Source of the DNA: Kudoa neothunni | Taxonomy: Eukaryota; Animalia; Cnidaria | Reading direction: 5' to 3' | Assembly: GCA_964304625.1 (NCBI GenBank) | Contig: OZ199838.1 | Span: 667,059 to 731,058 of the forward strand | Length of the DNA: 64,000 nt | Shown: positions 26,758-41,599 of the stretch, in pieces | Layout: every line of letters starts with the position of its first letter | Numbering within the stretch: the stretch's first letter is position 1 | Translations under genes and position numbers: made by a program | The notes under the pieces: generated by a model | Databases searched by the model: none | Told to the model about the DNA's origin: nothing | Seen by the model: the letters and a program-made list of their open reading frames with translations, nothing else

Positions 26758-28986
26758 CCACAGGCTGAACAGTATACATTCATAATTGTTTAAGTAAAAC
26801 AAAAATTGTTTCAGTTCCACAGGAATGGCTTCTCCTAGGAGCGAATTATTTATTTAGAATAACTGGAAAGAATAATAATGATAATCTTTATCTTTCAACA
26901 GGACCATCAATTATATTATTTAACGCAAATATTAACCTCAATATCATTCTATTGTCGAGATTGATAATCGGAATCAACAGCAATTTTAGACCTTCTTTAC
27001 TTTCTAATGCAGTAGATCTTATCTACATTCAGAAATCGAAAGTTTTTACAACTCGTTTGGCGAATTAATCGCATTAACTAACCCGACATTAAACCACCTA
27101 TTCTAAAAGTTTTTTAACGGTATCGTATGTAAAGGAAACGTATTAACTATAATTTAAAATTTCATACAAAATAAAAAAACATTTTTAGCGCTAATTAAAT
27201 GTGAATAGTAAACAATTTTTCCACCTGGATTAATCTTCCGTTAAAACTGCAAATTTTCGGTTACCCCGAATTCCCCGCCTACACAAGCAAATACTCTATA
27301 GAACATCTTAACTAAGTTCTAAGTGTAGAAAAAGTAAAATTACAACATCGCAGTCAATATAGTAGTTGGAAGTTTAATCTAACCACAATTACAATGAATC
27401 ATTTAGGAAATCGCGTGTGACGGTAATCTTATTATCATTAGCTCTAATCTATTTAATAAAAGTCTACACTACCAATTCATCATTTTATTAGCGATCAGAA
27501 GAGTTGAAGTTATTTTTATTGTTAATGTTAAATTTTTTAAAGTATAATGATGATCTCAAATAGTTAAAAAAGTCTGTATAAGGAGAAGATTTGTGCACAC
27601 AGGGACATTACTACTATGTATATATAGATATACATAGATTATTATTTTTTGATTTTTAATAACCTGGCTTTCGCACTTATATTTTTAATGAATCGTGACT
27701 TACATTCTTCACATGATCGCATTACGTGACATTTGGTAAAAATTAATCATGAGTTACGTATCGGAGTAGCTTTGAATACATATTTAATTGAATAATTTTT
27801 GATTCTTATTAATGTGTTTATTTATTATGTGAAAAAGAAAATAACAAAAATTTAAGGACACCATCTTTTAAAGATCTTTTCTAATATTGTTGGCGTAATA
27901 TGACAGTAAAGTTTATACTGAGGTATTTTTCAAACTCGGAATAGTTTAACACCTCATAACTTTAAGTTTAAAATGTTTTGATGTATTTTTTCACATAAGT
28001 CAATACGTGAAAAATGGTGATTAATATTTCAAACTTGTTAAAATAATTACACGTTTTTGTTCTATTCGAATATTTTTATGGCCCGTCTACATCATCCGTA
28101 TTTTCTCTAATTATATAGCGATATTAATAAAAAAAGCTCTCTCAGAAACAACATCACTCATAGTTTCCCGTTAAATTTTTCCATAATCAATTTTTAATTT
28201 TCCAAAAAATTTTTTTTTTAAATATGTGATTATCTAATCAAATAATTCTCAATATTCATGATCAATAATAATTTTAATGTGTACAAAAGCTGAGTGAACC
28301 ACATGCATGTATGAATGAATTGCCAAATTATCAATTTAAAATTTTCATATGACTTTTGATATTTATACATTTATATATTTTTAATAAAAAATTAATATAT
28401 CTTGAATCCGTTTCTCTTTTGACAATAATTTATATGATACATAGAATAATCATACAACGCTTATTGTAATGTATATATTCCACACATGCTAAATAGACTA
28501 TTCAAAAATCAATAACAACTGAATGAATTCGTGTTTTAATCTTGATAACAGTCGTATTATAAATTGAATTATAATGATGGTACGTGACTAAATCACTAAT
28601 TTAGACATCTATACAATATGAAACATTATTAATAATAACGTAATCATTTTATTCAATCATTCGTATAAATTAATAATCTACAGCCACATTTCGAAAAAAT
28701 AGAAAGGGAGTGGCTATTGACATGATAAATAATATTCAGAAAACATTTGTTTTGATTATATTTAATTATTTGAGGTCCTTAAGAGCATTTTAGTGGGCCT
28801 GAAATAAATAAATATAGCAAATGATAAATAATTAAATCTCTAAACAACGTGTTTGTGAGAGTTGATGAGATTAAAAATTTCCAACGCGCAAGCGTACTAG
28901 CCACGTAGGATTAAATTTTCTTGTATTAATAGTCACATCAGAAAGAAAAGTTATCACTAAAATAAAAATTATCATATTTTCTTTCA

Positions 28987-31344
28987 ATGATTTGGTATGT
29001 ATTGGCATTCTTGATGTTCTTTTTGGAGAAAAGTAAATATAAATATAATATAATTTGATAATTAATTTTTTAGATGACTGTTTACGATATAAATACACAA
29101 CCATGGGCAATTTTAAGGACATAAGATTAGTTTTAAAGGATTTACCAAAACAAGTCTCTGAAGGAACATTGATAAATTCTATCGATGGCAGCTCAATCAA
29201 AACTATTATCAATAATGTGCATTGTAACTCAGGCCAATTGATATTTGGATGTCCATCAAAAATTGATGAAATATCTCACATGGCTCCGTCTGGAGTTGGC
29301 GATACATTTTTGAAATTTGTTCACCAAGACAAAACCATCGTGTATCGAATAAATTCTCGTATATTTTTATCTCTTATTGAATAATTCTATATACAAAAAT
29401 AGAACCTAATCAGAATAACAAAAAGGTGTCCATTGAAATTGGTGTGCATTTTACCAAAATTACCAAATATGATAATACCATGGATGAAAATTCACATCTT
29501 GACGTTTTGATGAATAATAAACTTTTGAAATCGACTAGACATGGAAGCTTATTAGTGAAGAAAGAATCAACATTGATGTCTATGTTGATAGCCAATATTG
29601 GTGTTAATGATGCAACCTATGAAATCGTCTATGATCGCACACTGCCATCATATCATTTTAGTGTTGTGTTTCCATACATTGATCGAGCTGATCAACGAAA
29701 GGTGGAAGGGTACTTTATAAGAAACTCGGACACAATAACATTTGTTAATCAATATCCATATAAGAGCGACTTGTGTTTTTACGAGTTTCAAAGTACTGGC
29801 AATGAATGGGGTCATTTTAATATGTGTGGTGATTTAAAATGTATAAATATATGCACTGATCTAACATTTAAAAATATCATTTCCAATGGAGTGCAAATTC
29901 AAAATATTAGAGTTACACTTGTGAAAAATGGGCTAATAACAGAAATAATTCAAATAGACGGTTAATAAAACTTAATTTGGGTTATAATTACTTTATAATT
30001 AAGATGTGAAACAGAATTATTATCAATCTGTGAGGTCTCATATACGTTTATTCGAATCAATCGATATAATTGAGTGGAATAACGTGGAATCTGGTTGTGA
30101 TTCCTTCCATATAAGACCTTATGATTACAGAGGTGGGTGGATTTGGAATAGATTATTTAACAAAAGTTACCGAACCGAAAAAGTTGTTCCAGGGAATTTT
30201 TTAATGGTTTGTGAGGTGGGATGGACAAAAAGATATAATTTTATCTTTTCATTAGGTAAAAAATTATTTCTACATTTTTCGCTGATGAAAATTTAGCAAG
30301 GAGAAGGTTTCACTATGAAGTAGTCGAAGGAGAGGGCATGCTTCATATTTTTCATCACGATACACATTATATTTCCAGTGATGCTCGATCGATAGAAGCT
30401 ATCAAAATAGGAGAGGAAACTATGTGTCACGTAATGATATCCACTCATGTTAATTCTAATTATGTCCCCGCGAAATGTGATAATTTCGGGTCATCTTGTT
30501 ACAATCGTTGTGATGCTAGTTTTGATGTGGTTGGACTCGACACAAACACAAAATATTTCATCAAAATTGTATCGTTGGGTTATTATTCAGATTTTATATT
30601 CTCCGAGCCAAAATCATTAACAAGTATTGCCAATTTAATAGTATTTATTGTTTGAGTTTTTTAGATAATTTCAATCCTAAAATAAGTTTTATCCAATCTG
30701 GAGGAATAAGACAAATCACATTACACTTTGATAAACATAAAGACAATTACGAATTCACCAATGGACTTACTTGCATAATAGTTATGAGAGAAATTATTTC
30801 GAATAACAGATTCAAATATTTCAAAATATGCGGAGACAATATTTATTGCATTTTACCATGCAGATATATGAGCCATAAAACTCAAAGGACTGATGATTAT
30901 ATTATATACTCGGTGAAAGTTTTGGGTATGATGAATTCATTTATCGATCATCAAAATATATGTAAGTGGCTTTTATGAAATAATTAATTGATAGATTTAT
31001 CTATAGATTATAAATCGCATCCATCATCAACTACTACCACCGTTAATAATGATAATATTATGAAGTTCAGTTTCCATAAACATATCATATTATCGAAACC
31101 CATTGATCAGGTTATCAACGAAGCGACGGAGGAATATAATCGAATCGTGTTTGCAAAGAAATTTCCTTATCAAGTTTACACAAAGTCTATACAAGCATCC
31201 TCTTTCTCAACTGCGACTATAGTTCAATATTCTTCTCATGATACTGTTAAAAAACAACAACTAACTGAAGGATTTCTTACCCCTAATCACCGTGTGAAAG
31301 CTAATTATCAGAAACAACTCATAATAGGTAAGACTCTTCATTAA
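28987..31344 (+). CDS. Uncharacterised ~700-aa putative secreted protein with an FN3-like module (7 exons)
   Basis: Exons 28987-29032, 29074-29358, 29403-29960, 30004-30255, 30297-30623, 30665-30961 and 31007-31344; phase-1 GT-AG introns of 41-45 nt join the six consecutive ORF-track ORFs into one frame. Leader MIWYVLAFLMFFL. FDVVGLDTNTKYFIKIVSLG...SEPKSLT resembles the C-terminal half of FN3. The 3' end is uncertain (possible donor GGTAAG at ~31327). Confidence 0.85.
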
Positions 31345-32159
31345 ATTTTTCTTAATATAATTTGTAACATTTTGAGCTAATTGAAAAATTATTTAATCAA
31401 AATTATTTTTTCAATAAATTTAAGTATTGTCTAAAATAAATTAATTTACTGATATTTTTTGTTTCAATAATACTATTTATTTTTTAAAATAAAATACTTA
31501 AATTAAAGGCGAGAATTGATATTTGATTCGTTATTTGTTAGCAGCGAAAAACTCCACATTAAAGAATTTTTACGCGTACATCAAAAAGATGTTGTTGTTT
31601 TAAGTTACATATTAAATAATTATTCGAATTAACCAGCTTTTACTACATAAAAATACAGTTAATTAAGTACAGCTAAAATAAATTCGTCGAATATACCGTA
31701 GTCAATTCATTAAATATTAAAATGAATTACATGAGTTATTTTAGCTAATAATGAAAACTTTGTTCATTTTGACTTATTCCCTAATCTGTCGTTCACAATT
31801 AACTCTTAAGTGTAAATTTTAAACGACCGTGGATAAATTAAATAACTTCAAAATTGGATAGGAGCAATTTTAGCCTAATGAAGTCTGTGGCATGGCTAAA
31901 GATTTCTAAGGAATTATACTATTCAAAGCCATTAAACTCAATAATAAGCTGACATAACCGCCCCAAAGGTTTTTAGGAATATGTGTTTAACAAATACTTA
32001 TAAAACTATAAAAAATCTATCTCTATCTATTTCATGAATCATTTATTATTTGTTTATGTAGCTTAATAATAGCAATACTTAATGTTGCAAGTTGCATGAA
32101 AATTAATATTTAGATGTCACTTTTATTTTCTATTTTTTATTCGTTCTGATCCCTTAAAG

Positions 32160-32891
32160 CAGTGTTTTCAAATGTAGGACCTACGCCCCACAGATAAGTA
32201 TGAAAATATTTTGGTGAGAATTGAAATTTTTTAACGTTTAATGAATCGCATCGTTGGGATGCCGAATATCCTATGTATTGATGTGGCAAAAATCATAATG
32301 AGATAATTGGGTAGTATGATGTATTTTGAAGTAAATTTCACATTTTCGATATCGCGTATTTTTAAGTGACGTTAAATATCACAATAAATACAAAAGCAAT
32401 GACTAATTATACTAAAATTAATAAAAATATTAGTAAATGCATTGTCATTCAGAATAGAATCCAAATGGTTTTAATCTCAATCGTGTCATGTTTGGGATTA
32501 AATATCCCCTTTATTTGATTAAACTTAATATAATTTTAAATTATTTTGTAATTTTATTGTTCATTAGTCCAGTATACATGAGAGTTCTCCTAAATGAAGG
32601 TTAGTTTTCCACGAGTTTCAGTTGAAGCTGTCTTGAGGGAATGAAAAACTAAAGTTGTTAATTTCTATGTTGTATCGATTCATTTAGTAAGATTAGTTCA
32701 AATGACTTTAATTTTAATAATAAAACAATATATATTAATCTTTTCAAATTTTTAACGTGATAGGGAGATTTATTCAAAGTTATTTACCGTTTAATCAATA
32801 AAATCAATACTATTTCAAAAGGTGGATGGGAGGACGGGATTTTTTGCCAAGAAAAAGTGGGACCCGATAGAAAATATATTGAGAGATACTG
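32160..32891. mobile_element. Old hAT-type non-autonomous element
   Basis: Degenerate TIRs CAGTGTTTTCAAA / ATTGAGAGATACTG; flanks CCTTAAAG / CCTCATGG match only partly. Confidence 0.45.
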
Positions 32892-33499
32892 CCTCATGGG
32901 AAGGAATGGGCAGAAATAATTTATTTCACAACAATATAAAAAAATTAAATTTGTAGGCACTTTGTGAGTTAGGGTTGTCTTGATTAACGTCGCGGTTAAT
33001 CAAACGTTCATGCCTTTTAGGATTAGAATTTACCATATAAATAGCTTCTGCTGTAGCTAAACCAATATAGAAACTTAAAGTTAATATAAATTGGTTTCCA
33101 TGTTTAGGATAGTTAATTTGGATATTTCACCATTATTAGATTAGGGGGTAAATTAGAAAAATCTGCTGAGAAACACCCTCCTATACACTATTAATATATT
33201 TAATGTCGTGGTTTTTGTCAAAGGTAATTAATATTGTATTTATTCAATTAATTAATATTAATTTTGTATAATTTCATAATATAATTTAGTCTGTATTAAA
33301 ATTTAGAAAATACAATTATTTTCGGATTATCGAACTTATTTGAATCTTTTTATTTAAAAATACTCTTATTAATTGATTTTTAGTTAGTCACATTCAATAA
33401 GTTGCTTAATATACTATTATATGCATTAAAGTCTCGATATTGCGCAATAATCAGGACCTGAGCTTTTACAGCCTAATATCGAGGGTTCGCACACGCGCC

Positions 33500-34400
33500 A
33501 CAAAATATTTTTTTTATTTCTTAACGAAAAATGATCTACCTTGTTTTTTATTATTAAATTAAAGATTTAGATTGCGTCGATCTAATATTATACGAACTTT
33601 TATTCACCTTCCGCGAACATTAGATCAAGAGTTTCATAATATTAAGAAGATAGTTGATGACTTCTAACCATTTTCTGATCGATAATATTTAACGAAAAAT
33701 TCATTAATTCCTTTAAAATAAGGGACCCCCTTTAAATTTATCAATGACACCATGTGGGGGCTTTATCTCTATAAATTAAACACTCTATAATTCTATTACA
33801 CGGTTTTTGATTATTTCATTTCCTTTTAATTCAACTCCTTCTTTATATCGTATGATTATTGAATTCGTCGTTCTTAGAAAAGAGCGGTCTCGCCGAGATT
33901 TAATATGTTTTCTTTTTTATATCTACGTTTTACCTAATAAAGTTGGAATACCCAATCATTAATAATATTAGCATCACCTTCCCTCCTCACAGCAAAGAGT
34001 GAACTTTAAGGAAACCCTTTTGGTCCACTTAAACCAGTGATTTAATATCATCAGCAAAATGTTTTACATTCCCAGTGATAAATACTCCGGAATATTTGTC
34101 TTTTTTTTGATTTTCCGACACAATCTGGTCTTATAACGCAATTTAAAGTAGGATGTATTTTTTTATTTGTAAACCTCCTTTACTGAGAGAAACAACATTG
34201 GAGTTGATTATATCAGATTTATTAGATAAAATTCTATTCAGAGAAGGATAACTAATTTTAATAAATAATCAATATCAGAATGCATGATATCTATGGTAAT
34301 ATAGAATAATTTTTTTGGATTTAAGATTGGGGGAATTGAATCATAATATTGAATAGTTCCAATTTTTTACTAAAAATTTCTTTCAACATTCACAATACCG
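33500..34400 (-). mobile_element. Possible CACTA/EnSpm-like transposase relic
   Basis: Only faint motif resemblance (GKSKK..NIPEYLS; LRTTNS) in a heavily decayed, GC-richer patch. Confidence 0.25.
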
Positions 34401-35721
34401 AACGTTCGAATGTGTAATTTAATGGACTAATTGGATTAAAATTGAAGAAAGCATTGCCCAGTAGTAAGACCCAGAATTTTACAAAAATGCGTTTTTTAAA
34501 TATTATTTCGTATTTTTGGGTATAACGCTAGAGTAGAGGACTACATATGTCGAAAAGGTTGAAATGTTAGTTAGAGAAATTTGAAAGACATGTCGACTAC
34601 CTATACCGAACCACCCAAAACCGAGAGCTTACTGTATATAGAAAAATAAATTAAAACATAAACTAAGCGGGAATACGTATAACCCCAGCATTAATTTTTG
34701 CGACCTATGTTGCGCCAATTTTTTTAGTTCTTAAGGAATCACAAATCATTAAATAACTAAAAAAGTATTTTCATTATATTATGACATTATTTTTATGGAT
34801 GGAATGAACCTTCATTATTCCTTACTCAATAATTTCCATAAGAAATATAGATTAATAATAAAAATAATATTGAATTTTAATTGTAAAATAATTATGGATG
34901 ATTTATTTAGATTATAATTGTTAATAATACGGTAACTTTATAATATTTATTAAATATCAAAATTTGAATATTTTAGATTCTACAATATTTTTTTATTGTT
35001 GAGATTTTTAATATTTTTAATAATGAGAATGTAGATTTTATTAGTGATATGAATACTCAATCATATAAATAATTAATCTGATTATATAATTTAAAAATAA
35101 TGAATATACGTGACAAATTATAATTTTTCATAAAAATGTGTGCAATATAAAAATTATATCAAGTACTCTAGACAGGTTTGTCCAACACAATTTTAAGTAT
35201 ATTTGAGCCATTTCTTAATGATGTCATTATACATAATTTACAGAAAAGGATGTTGATATTCTTAATTTATAAACTCACTCAATAGAAAATAGAAATTATT
35301 TTCTCATTACAATTCATAACTTATAATATATATATGTATTACATTAATTTTGAATTATTACTGACGTGTGAGATTTAGATTTATTAAAAATAATAGTATT
35401 TGGAATTATAATTTATAACATTCATGTAATCTAATCAGTAATATTTTTTACTACTGCAAAATTGTAACAATTTTCTACGAATAAGGTAAATACTAATTGA
35501 TTATTTTGTTTAAATGATTAGATTATGCATCAATTTTTTTTGTTAAATATCAAATTCTGATGGAACAAAAAAAATTTTGGAAAATAAAAATTGGTATCAT
35601 TAAATATATTATATCTGGATTTCCGTTTTTTGAGAAAAATTATTACATTATTAAAAATCCGACTATATCATTTTATTTCATAAATTTTTTAATATCATTT
35701 ATTTATTATTCGATTAAAATT

Positions 35722-36357
35722 ATGTCCTAATTATTATTTTTGTTAATATAATCAACACAAATCACTACGTATTTTTAATGAATATTGCACTATGCAATGT
35801 TACATCCAGATATATTTTTTAATTTTTAGATGATGATACTGGTAAACCAATATCTATCTCCAATTTCATACGATCCAATACGACCCCATTATCAATGGTA
35901 AGGAATATTTAATGACCATTGTAATTTAAAAAATTAAAAAACTTCATTTTCAATAGAAAAAAATAATAATGCTTACCCAAAACACACTGATCTGGCAACC
36001 TCAACTCCCTTTGGAGCCGGTATATATTTAGCTAATATCTATTGTAATTTACTTTTGATATTTCCATTTAGGTCGAAACAGTAATTAATTTATTATTTTT
36101 CTTTTTTTTATGACTTTGTTGGTAAAGATAATGAAACAAATGTTCATCAGAAGAATTTTAGGTATTATGTAATGGTTTATTTTTTTATAATTATTTTTTA
36201 GATATATAAATATTTCTATTGCAGTGTAAATAGATGAATAATTGCACCTGTTTTCATGTTATTTAGGGCATGTGTAATAACACTGCTTATTGTTTGTGTA
36301 ATAGGATCAGTCATATTTCATAGAAAATCTAAATGGAGATCATTTAGAGATATATAG
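35722..36357 (+). pseudogene. Probable decayed small single-pass membrane protein gene
   Basis: A series of GT..AG mini-introns separates Thr/Pro/Asn-rich exons. The last exon encodes IIAPVFMLFRACVITLLIVCVIGSVIFHRKSKW (TM helix plus basic stop-transfer). There are in-frame stops in the leader, a frameshift, and a TGA before the TM segment. Confidence 0.45.
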
Positions 36358-37605
36358 ACCATATTTATCGAAAACCGTTAAATATCAATTTACTCGAATC
36401 ATGAAAATTTTAGTTGTTTTTTTGTAGAAATTTTTTTATATATTTTTTAAGAATAATAATACTAATAATAAAATTTTACTATAATAATAGAGATGCTGTA
36501 TGATTAATGATTCCCGTAAGGATGTAAATTTAAAGTTTAATATAATTGATTATTTTCCATTTAAAAAGTAATTAAAATATAAACTCATCATTTTTTAAAA
36601 ATAACTAACTTTAATCTTAAAATTTTTGAAACAAATCTGATTCATTCACCTACAATTTAGGTATATTAGTTTATCAGTTACATTCAACCTGTCTAATTTA
36701 ATTTCACTCTCAATGTATAACTGAAACATAAATATTGGTATATTTACGAAAAATGTTTTATTAATATCGTTAGATATATAGATATATACTTTTTATTTTT
36801 GAATGAAGGAGCAGTAACTTATGTGTTTAACATTATCAAAATCATTACATATTGGTCATAATTACGTACGATCCACAAGTTACTGTATGATAAATAATAT
36901 AGTTTGAGTCTATGACGAGATTTTAGACTAAGGCTGAGAATACACCACCATTGAAACTTATTTAAATCCCTAAATTGAATTCGATTCTTCAACAAAAATG
37001 TAATATTATTTTTTTGTTAATAATGGTAACGCAAATTTATTTAAAAAAACATTAAAAAGTGGATAAAAAAATACGTGGTGACGATATTTATAATTGGGCT
37101 CTGCCGATGTGATCAAAAAATTCACTTTCTGGATACCATACCAATTAAAAAAATAATAAAACATTTGGTTTAAAAAATTACGGAGAATATATGGTGGAAT
37201 TAGACTATGGGTTGGTTTGGTAGATTCTGAAATATACAGCATAAAACAATTAAATTTGTACGGTGAATCCGATAAATCAAATATATCGAGGCTGAATAAT
37301 GGATTACAAAACCGAAGAGTGTCTCAGGAACATAAAAAGGAGAGTGATATTTTTAGCGTTGACAATCCCGCATTATTTATCACAGCCAAAAAGTAAATTA
37401 AAATTTATTTTTAATATGACTTTTAATGTGAAGCTATGTCACCTCTCACAATAAAAAATCCAAATATAAATTCACTGAGAAAAAATAAATCGAAGTATTA
37501 CTTTTTGCCTTCACACTCAGAAAATATTAGTTCTTCCTATCACGGGAAAATTGAAAAAATAGAGATGTTTTATACACATCAAAGATACGTTATTTCCTTG
37601 TGGAG

Positions 37606-37924
37606 CAGAGATGGCCAAATTGAGGCACGCGAGCGCACATGCTTAAGGGAGTTAAAGTATGGATTTTATAGAATTTAACCTTGACTATCGTTTCATTAAA
37701 TTTTGCACATAAAGTTATTTGGATACTTTGAATGTCACAGGGTAATACATCTATACTGAATAAAAACGCCTGAATTTAATATTAATTCATTATTACATAA
37801 TCTTTTTAGACAAAATATAAATATAAGAACAAATCTCGTACTTTAATTTTATCTCGTAGTGATTCCTTAAATTTTGATGTTCAATAAATGTGGATTTTAT
37901 TTTATGTAAGTCTAGCCATCCCTG
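37606..37924. mobile_element. hAT-type MITE-like element
   Basis: TIR-like ends CAGAGATGGCCAAA / TCTAGCCATCCCTG; no recognisable TSD. Confidence 0.5.
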
Positions 37925-40900
37925 GCCTATTCTATTAGATTAGAATGGTACTATTACATAATTACTCAGTAAATATTGTATACATTAATGGAATAATTAA
38001 ACGTCATTTTAAAATATAATTCGAATTATGAAATAATTAATTGTGAGTATATTGATCTATATTAGAAATTAATTATGAGCGAGTGTTCGCGCAAAAAATT
38101 AATAATACGACGATATATTTAAATTTAATATTTGAAGACATAATTATAGAATCGAAAGAAGTTTAAAAACTTCAATAGATACGATTCTATTCTATATTTT
38201 ACTTTATACTAGCGTTTTTCTCGATCTTGGTTTTTTTTTTAAATCCTGCTGGCAACCTGTACAAAAACCAGACAATGCACTTTCGTTCTGTATATTCATG
38301 ATCTTTTGTTGTTGTTTCGTGATTCGTTCGCGTTTTTGCCACCCTCAAAGTTTAAAATTAGTCGTTTAAAAATCGATTATTGAGATACTTTTTCCTTAAA
38401 ATGGAACTTTGGATTACTTTATTGAAGATATATGTATGAAGTTACAGAGTCGAACTAACATTTGGAACTTCATTTACTGTAGCTGTACCTTGTTTATAGT
38501 ATAAGATTAAATTAAATTTATTAAAAATACACGATAATCTTTTAAGTTAACGAATTTAGACTAATGTGTGTTTATTAAAATTGGATTAAATCAGTTCTCA
38601 TCAAGTAATAAGGTTGGATTAAGAACCTAAAAACAGCCTTTGGATTGTTTTTTTTTGCCTATTCTTAAGTGGCTGTTTATAATAAAATAAATGAATCTCA
38701 AAAGCAAGGAATAAAATGAATTTTAAATCTTCTAATTTTTCCACCAAATCCCGAATACAACAACATCATCATCATCATTTGCAATATTTTCGTTAATTTA
38801 CCGAAAACCAATAAAAATCCACTCTTTTCTTCCTACGTTAAATTATAAATTAATTATATGCCCCAGAACCATTTTTAAAATAATGATTCGTTTGCAAAAT
38901 TATACGATTCAACTATTTAAGTAAGTCTCATTCATTGAATATTAACTTATTATCTATATCATTATTTATATATTTACCATAAACTTTATACAAACCTATT
39001 TCAATTAAAAAATACTTTTTTTAGATTATATATTTTTTGGAGTGAATTTCGTTGAAATAAAATGAGTTAGAATCATTTTATCATTAAGTGTTTTGACATT
39101 TAATTTTTACAGTAACCAAATGATCAGCATTTTAATTTCACTACAATAAAATGATTATAAATTAATTTTTCTATACTGATTTTTTAAAAAAACTAATTAC
39201 ACAAATTAAAAAAATACCATCGAAATTAAATTAAAATGATTTAGTGCACAATAAATATAACATACTATACACTAATTTTTTAGATATATGACAATTAAAT
39301 TTATATTTAAACGTTTCACAAATATATTTTACGTTTTTATTTTTATAACGTAAATATATATATAAATTTATGCGGGTTAATTGAAAGGATTAGCGTATTT
39401 TAGGAAATTCTATTATAGATTTTTCAATGTAAATATTTTGACCACTGAGCGATACTGTGTTATTGAAGTTAGTTTACTTATATAGTAGATATAAATACAA
39501 GCCAATTTAGCTTTTCCACGAAAATTTGAATGATCTCCTCATGGTTTAAATTTCGAGTATTAAATAGTCTCGATAACAGCAATTTTAAACATCTATTTGA
39601 AAAGTTATCCTGGAATATACTGACGATATGTAAAAAGGTTTTAATAATGGAGCTGTCTACATATGAAATGTATCCAGACATAAGCTAATGGAAGTAAAGA
39701 ATTTTCTATCCACATTTACTAAAGAAAGAGACGAAATCTCCGAACTCAAATTTATTTTTTGCATAAAGTAAAATTCGTCCATTAGATATAAATCTACGAA
39801 TGGAATTAAACAATACGTTAATCATATGTTACGTCGCATATTCAAATTTATACGAGTATTAAAAGTTACTCTCGATTAGCTAAATTTTTCGTCGTTTTTA
39901 ACCTTCCAAGCGCCCTAAAATTGTCAATAAACTCTCCACCTTTTGCGCCCAATATGACTCAAGATATTTTTTCCCTATAATCATATAATAAAATATTTAA
40001 TACTTCTTTTACTTTATAAAAACTTGTATATTTTATATCAAGAGCAATATAAATGAATATCAAACTGTACGACAAATAAAAAAATGGGTAAATTATCCCG
40101 CAATTGGACTTGGAATTTTGAGGTATCAGTAAAATTAAAAAATATACACATATACTATTAAATAAAAATATTTTAAAAACAAATCCAAGAATAAATTATG
40201 ATTTGATATGTATACTATAGGGAAAGATTAATCCTTGGTGCCATTTGGCAAGATTTGGTCAGCGGGTATAGCGAATATTGTCACACGGTAAGGTTTGACC
40301 CCCAATTCAAGTGTTTATATATACTTTGGAATGGATTCTGAATGAATTTGAGAAAGAAAAAATAGAGCATACTTTTAATAAATCATATTAATACCTGATG
40401 GGCATAAATCATACTATGGACTGGAATCGGATTTCATGTTGTATAGCCAATATGATGGCATTGTACACGGATATAGTTCTAGTGATGGGGAGTAAGATGA
40501 CTACCGTTTAAATTAGACAAAGAACGCAAAAAATTAAATAAACAATGATATTGAAACAACTGATATTTTTTAACAAGTTGAAGATATTATATTTGAATGT
40601 TTCACTTATTTCAACCGATTCTTCAATGAGAGAGTATTTGAATATATTCACATTTAGTGTAAGGTCCATTTGGCATCATGTGTGTATGTTTTTAATTTTT
40701 GAAATGACTGCTTCAATTTTTGGATATTTTTTATAAAATTATTTAACATTTAACGAATGAGCAAATAAAACTTTTCATTTACTGAATTAAATTAGGGGTT
40801 CAGAAGGTTAATTATGTATTAACAAGTACTAGAAGTTTATAATCGTAGGAATTGGCGCTAATTTATCGTGTAAATCTGTCGTTATTTCTCATTACACTTT

Positions 40901-41070
40901 TTCATCACGTTCACGATTTTAGAAATTGTTATACAGTATTTCACGACCAAGAAGTAAATTTTTCCAATCAAGATGCAAACATGATGCATCCTAGTCAGCT
41001 TTTAAGAATTAAGATTCAAATGTGTCTGTTGATCCAGAAATTATTAATAAAATAAGAAGAAAATACGAAA

Positions 41071-41400
41071 TTGTTAATAAGAAATATAAGGAAAAGATTT
41101 TTCAACAACTACAAGTATTCATATTTTGATATAGTTTCTGAATCAATCAAGATTGGGAAGACCAACCCTCAAATATCTGAGTCTCTGTGCATTCAGAAAT
41201 CTACGATAAGTAGAATTATCAAGAAGATAAATGAAACAGGGTCAGAAAAAAGGCTAGCAACAGGTGGAGACACCATTCATTACTGAACGCTGATCAAAAA
41301 CAATTTATTATTAATGAGGTGGATGGCAATTGTACGCTATCCCTTGAACAATTATCCGAAAAGAAATATTAAGTTTTACACAGATAACTCCTGCGCAAAC
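41071..41400 (+). mobile_element. Tc1/IS630-like transposase N-terminal HTH fragment
   Basis: GKTNPQISESLCIQKSTISRIIKKINETGS...GG is a typical Tc1-like helix-turn-helix; the frame then stops. Confidence 0.6.
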
Positions 41401-41599
41401 TAGCACGATGAAGGATAACGTAGGAACTGATATTTTTGAAGTGGGTAAAAAGTTTATCTCATTTAAGCATCTATAAGATTCCATATAATTGTACAAACAG
41501 AAGACTTACAGCAACCTAATGAAGCGAGATTTCAAAAAAATTAGCCACATCAAGCGAATTCTCACTAAAACTTTCAATTAGGATTGAATCTATTATTCA

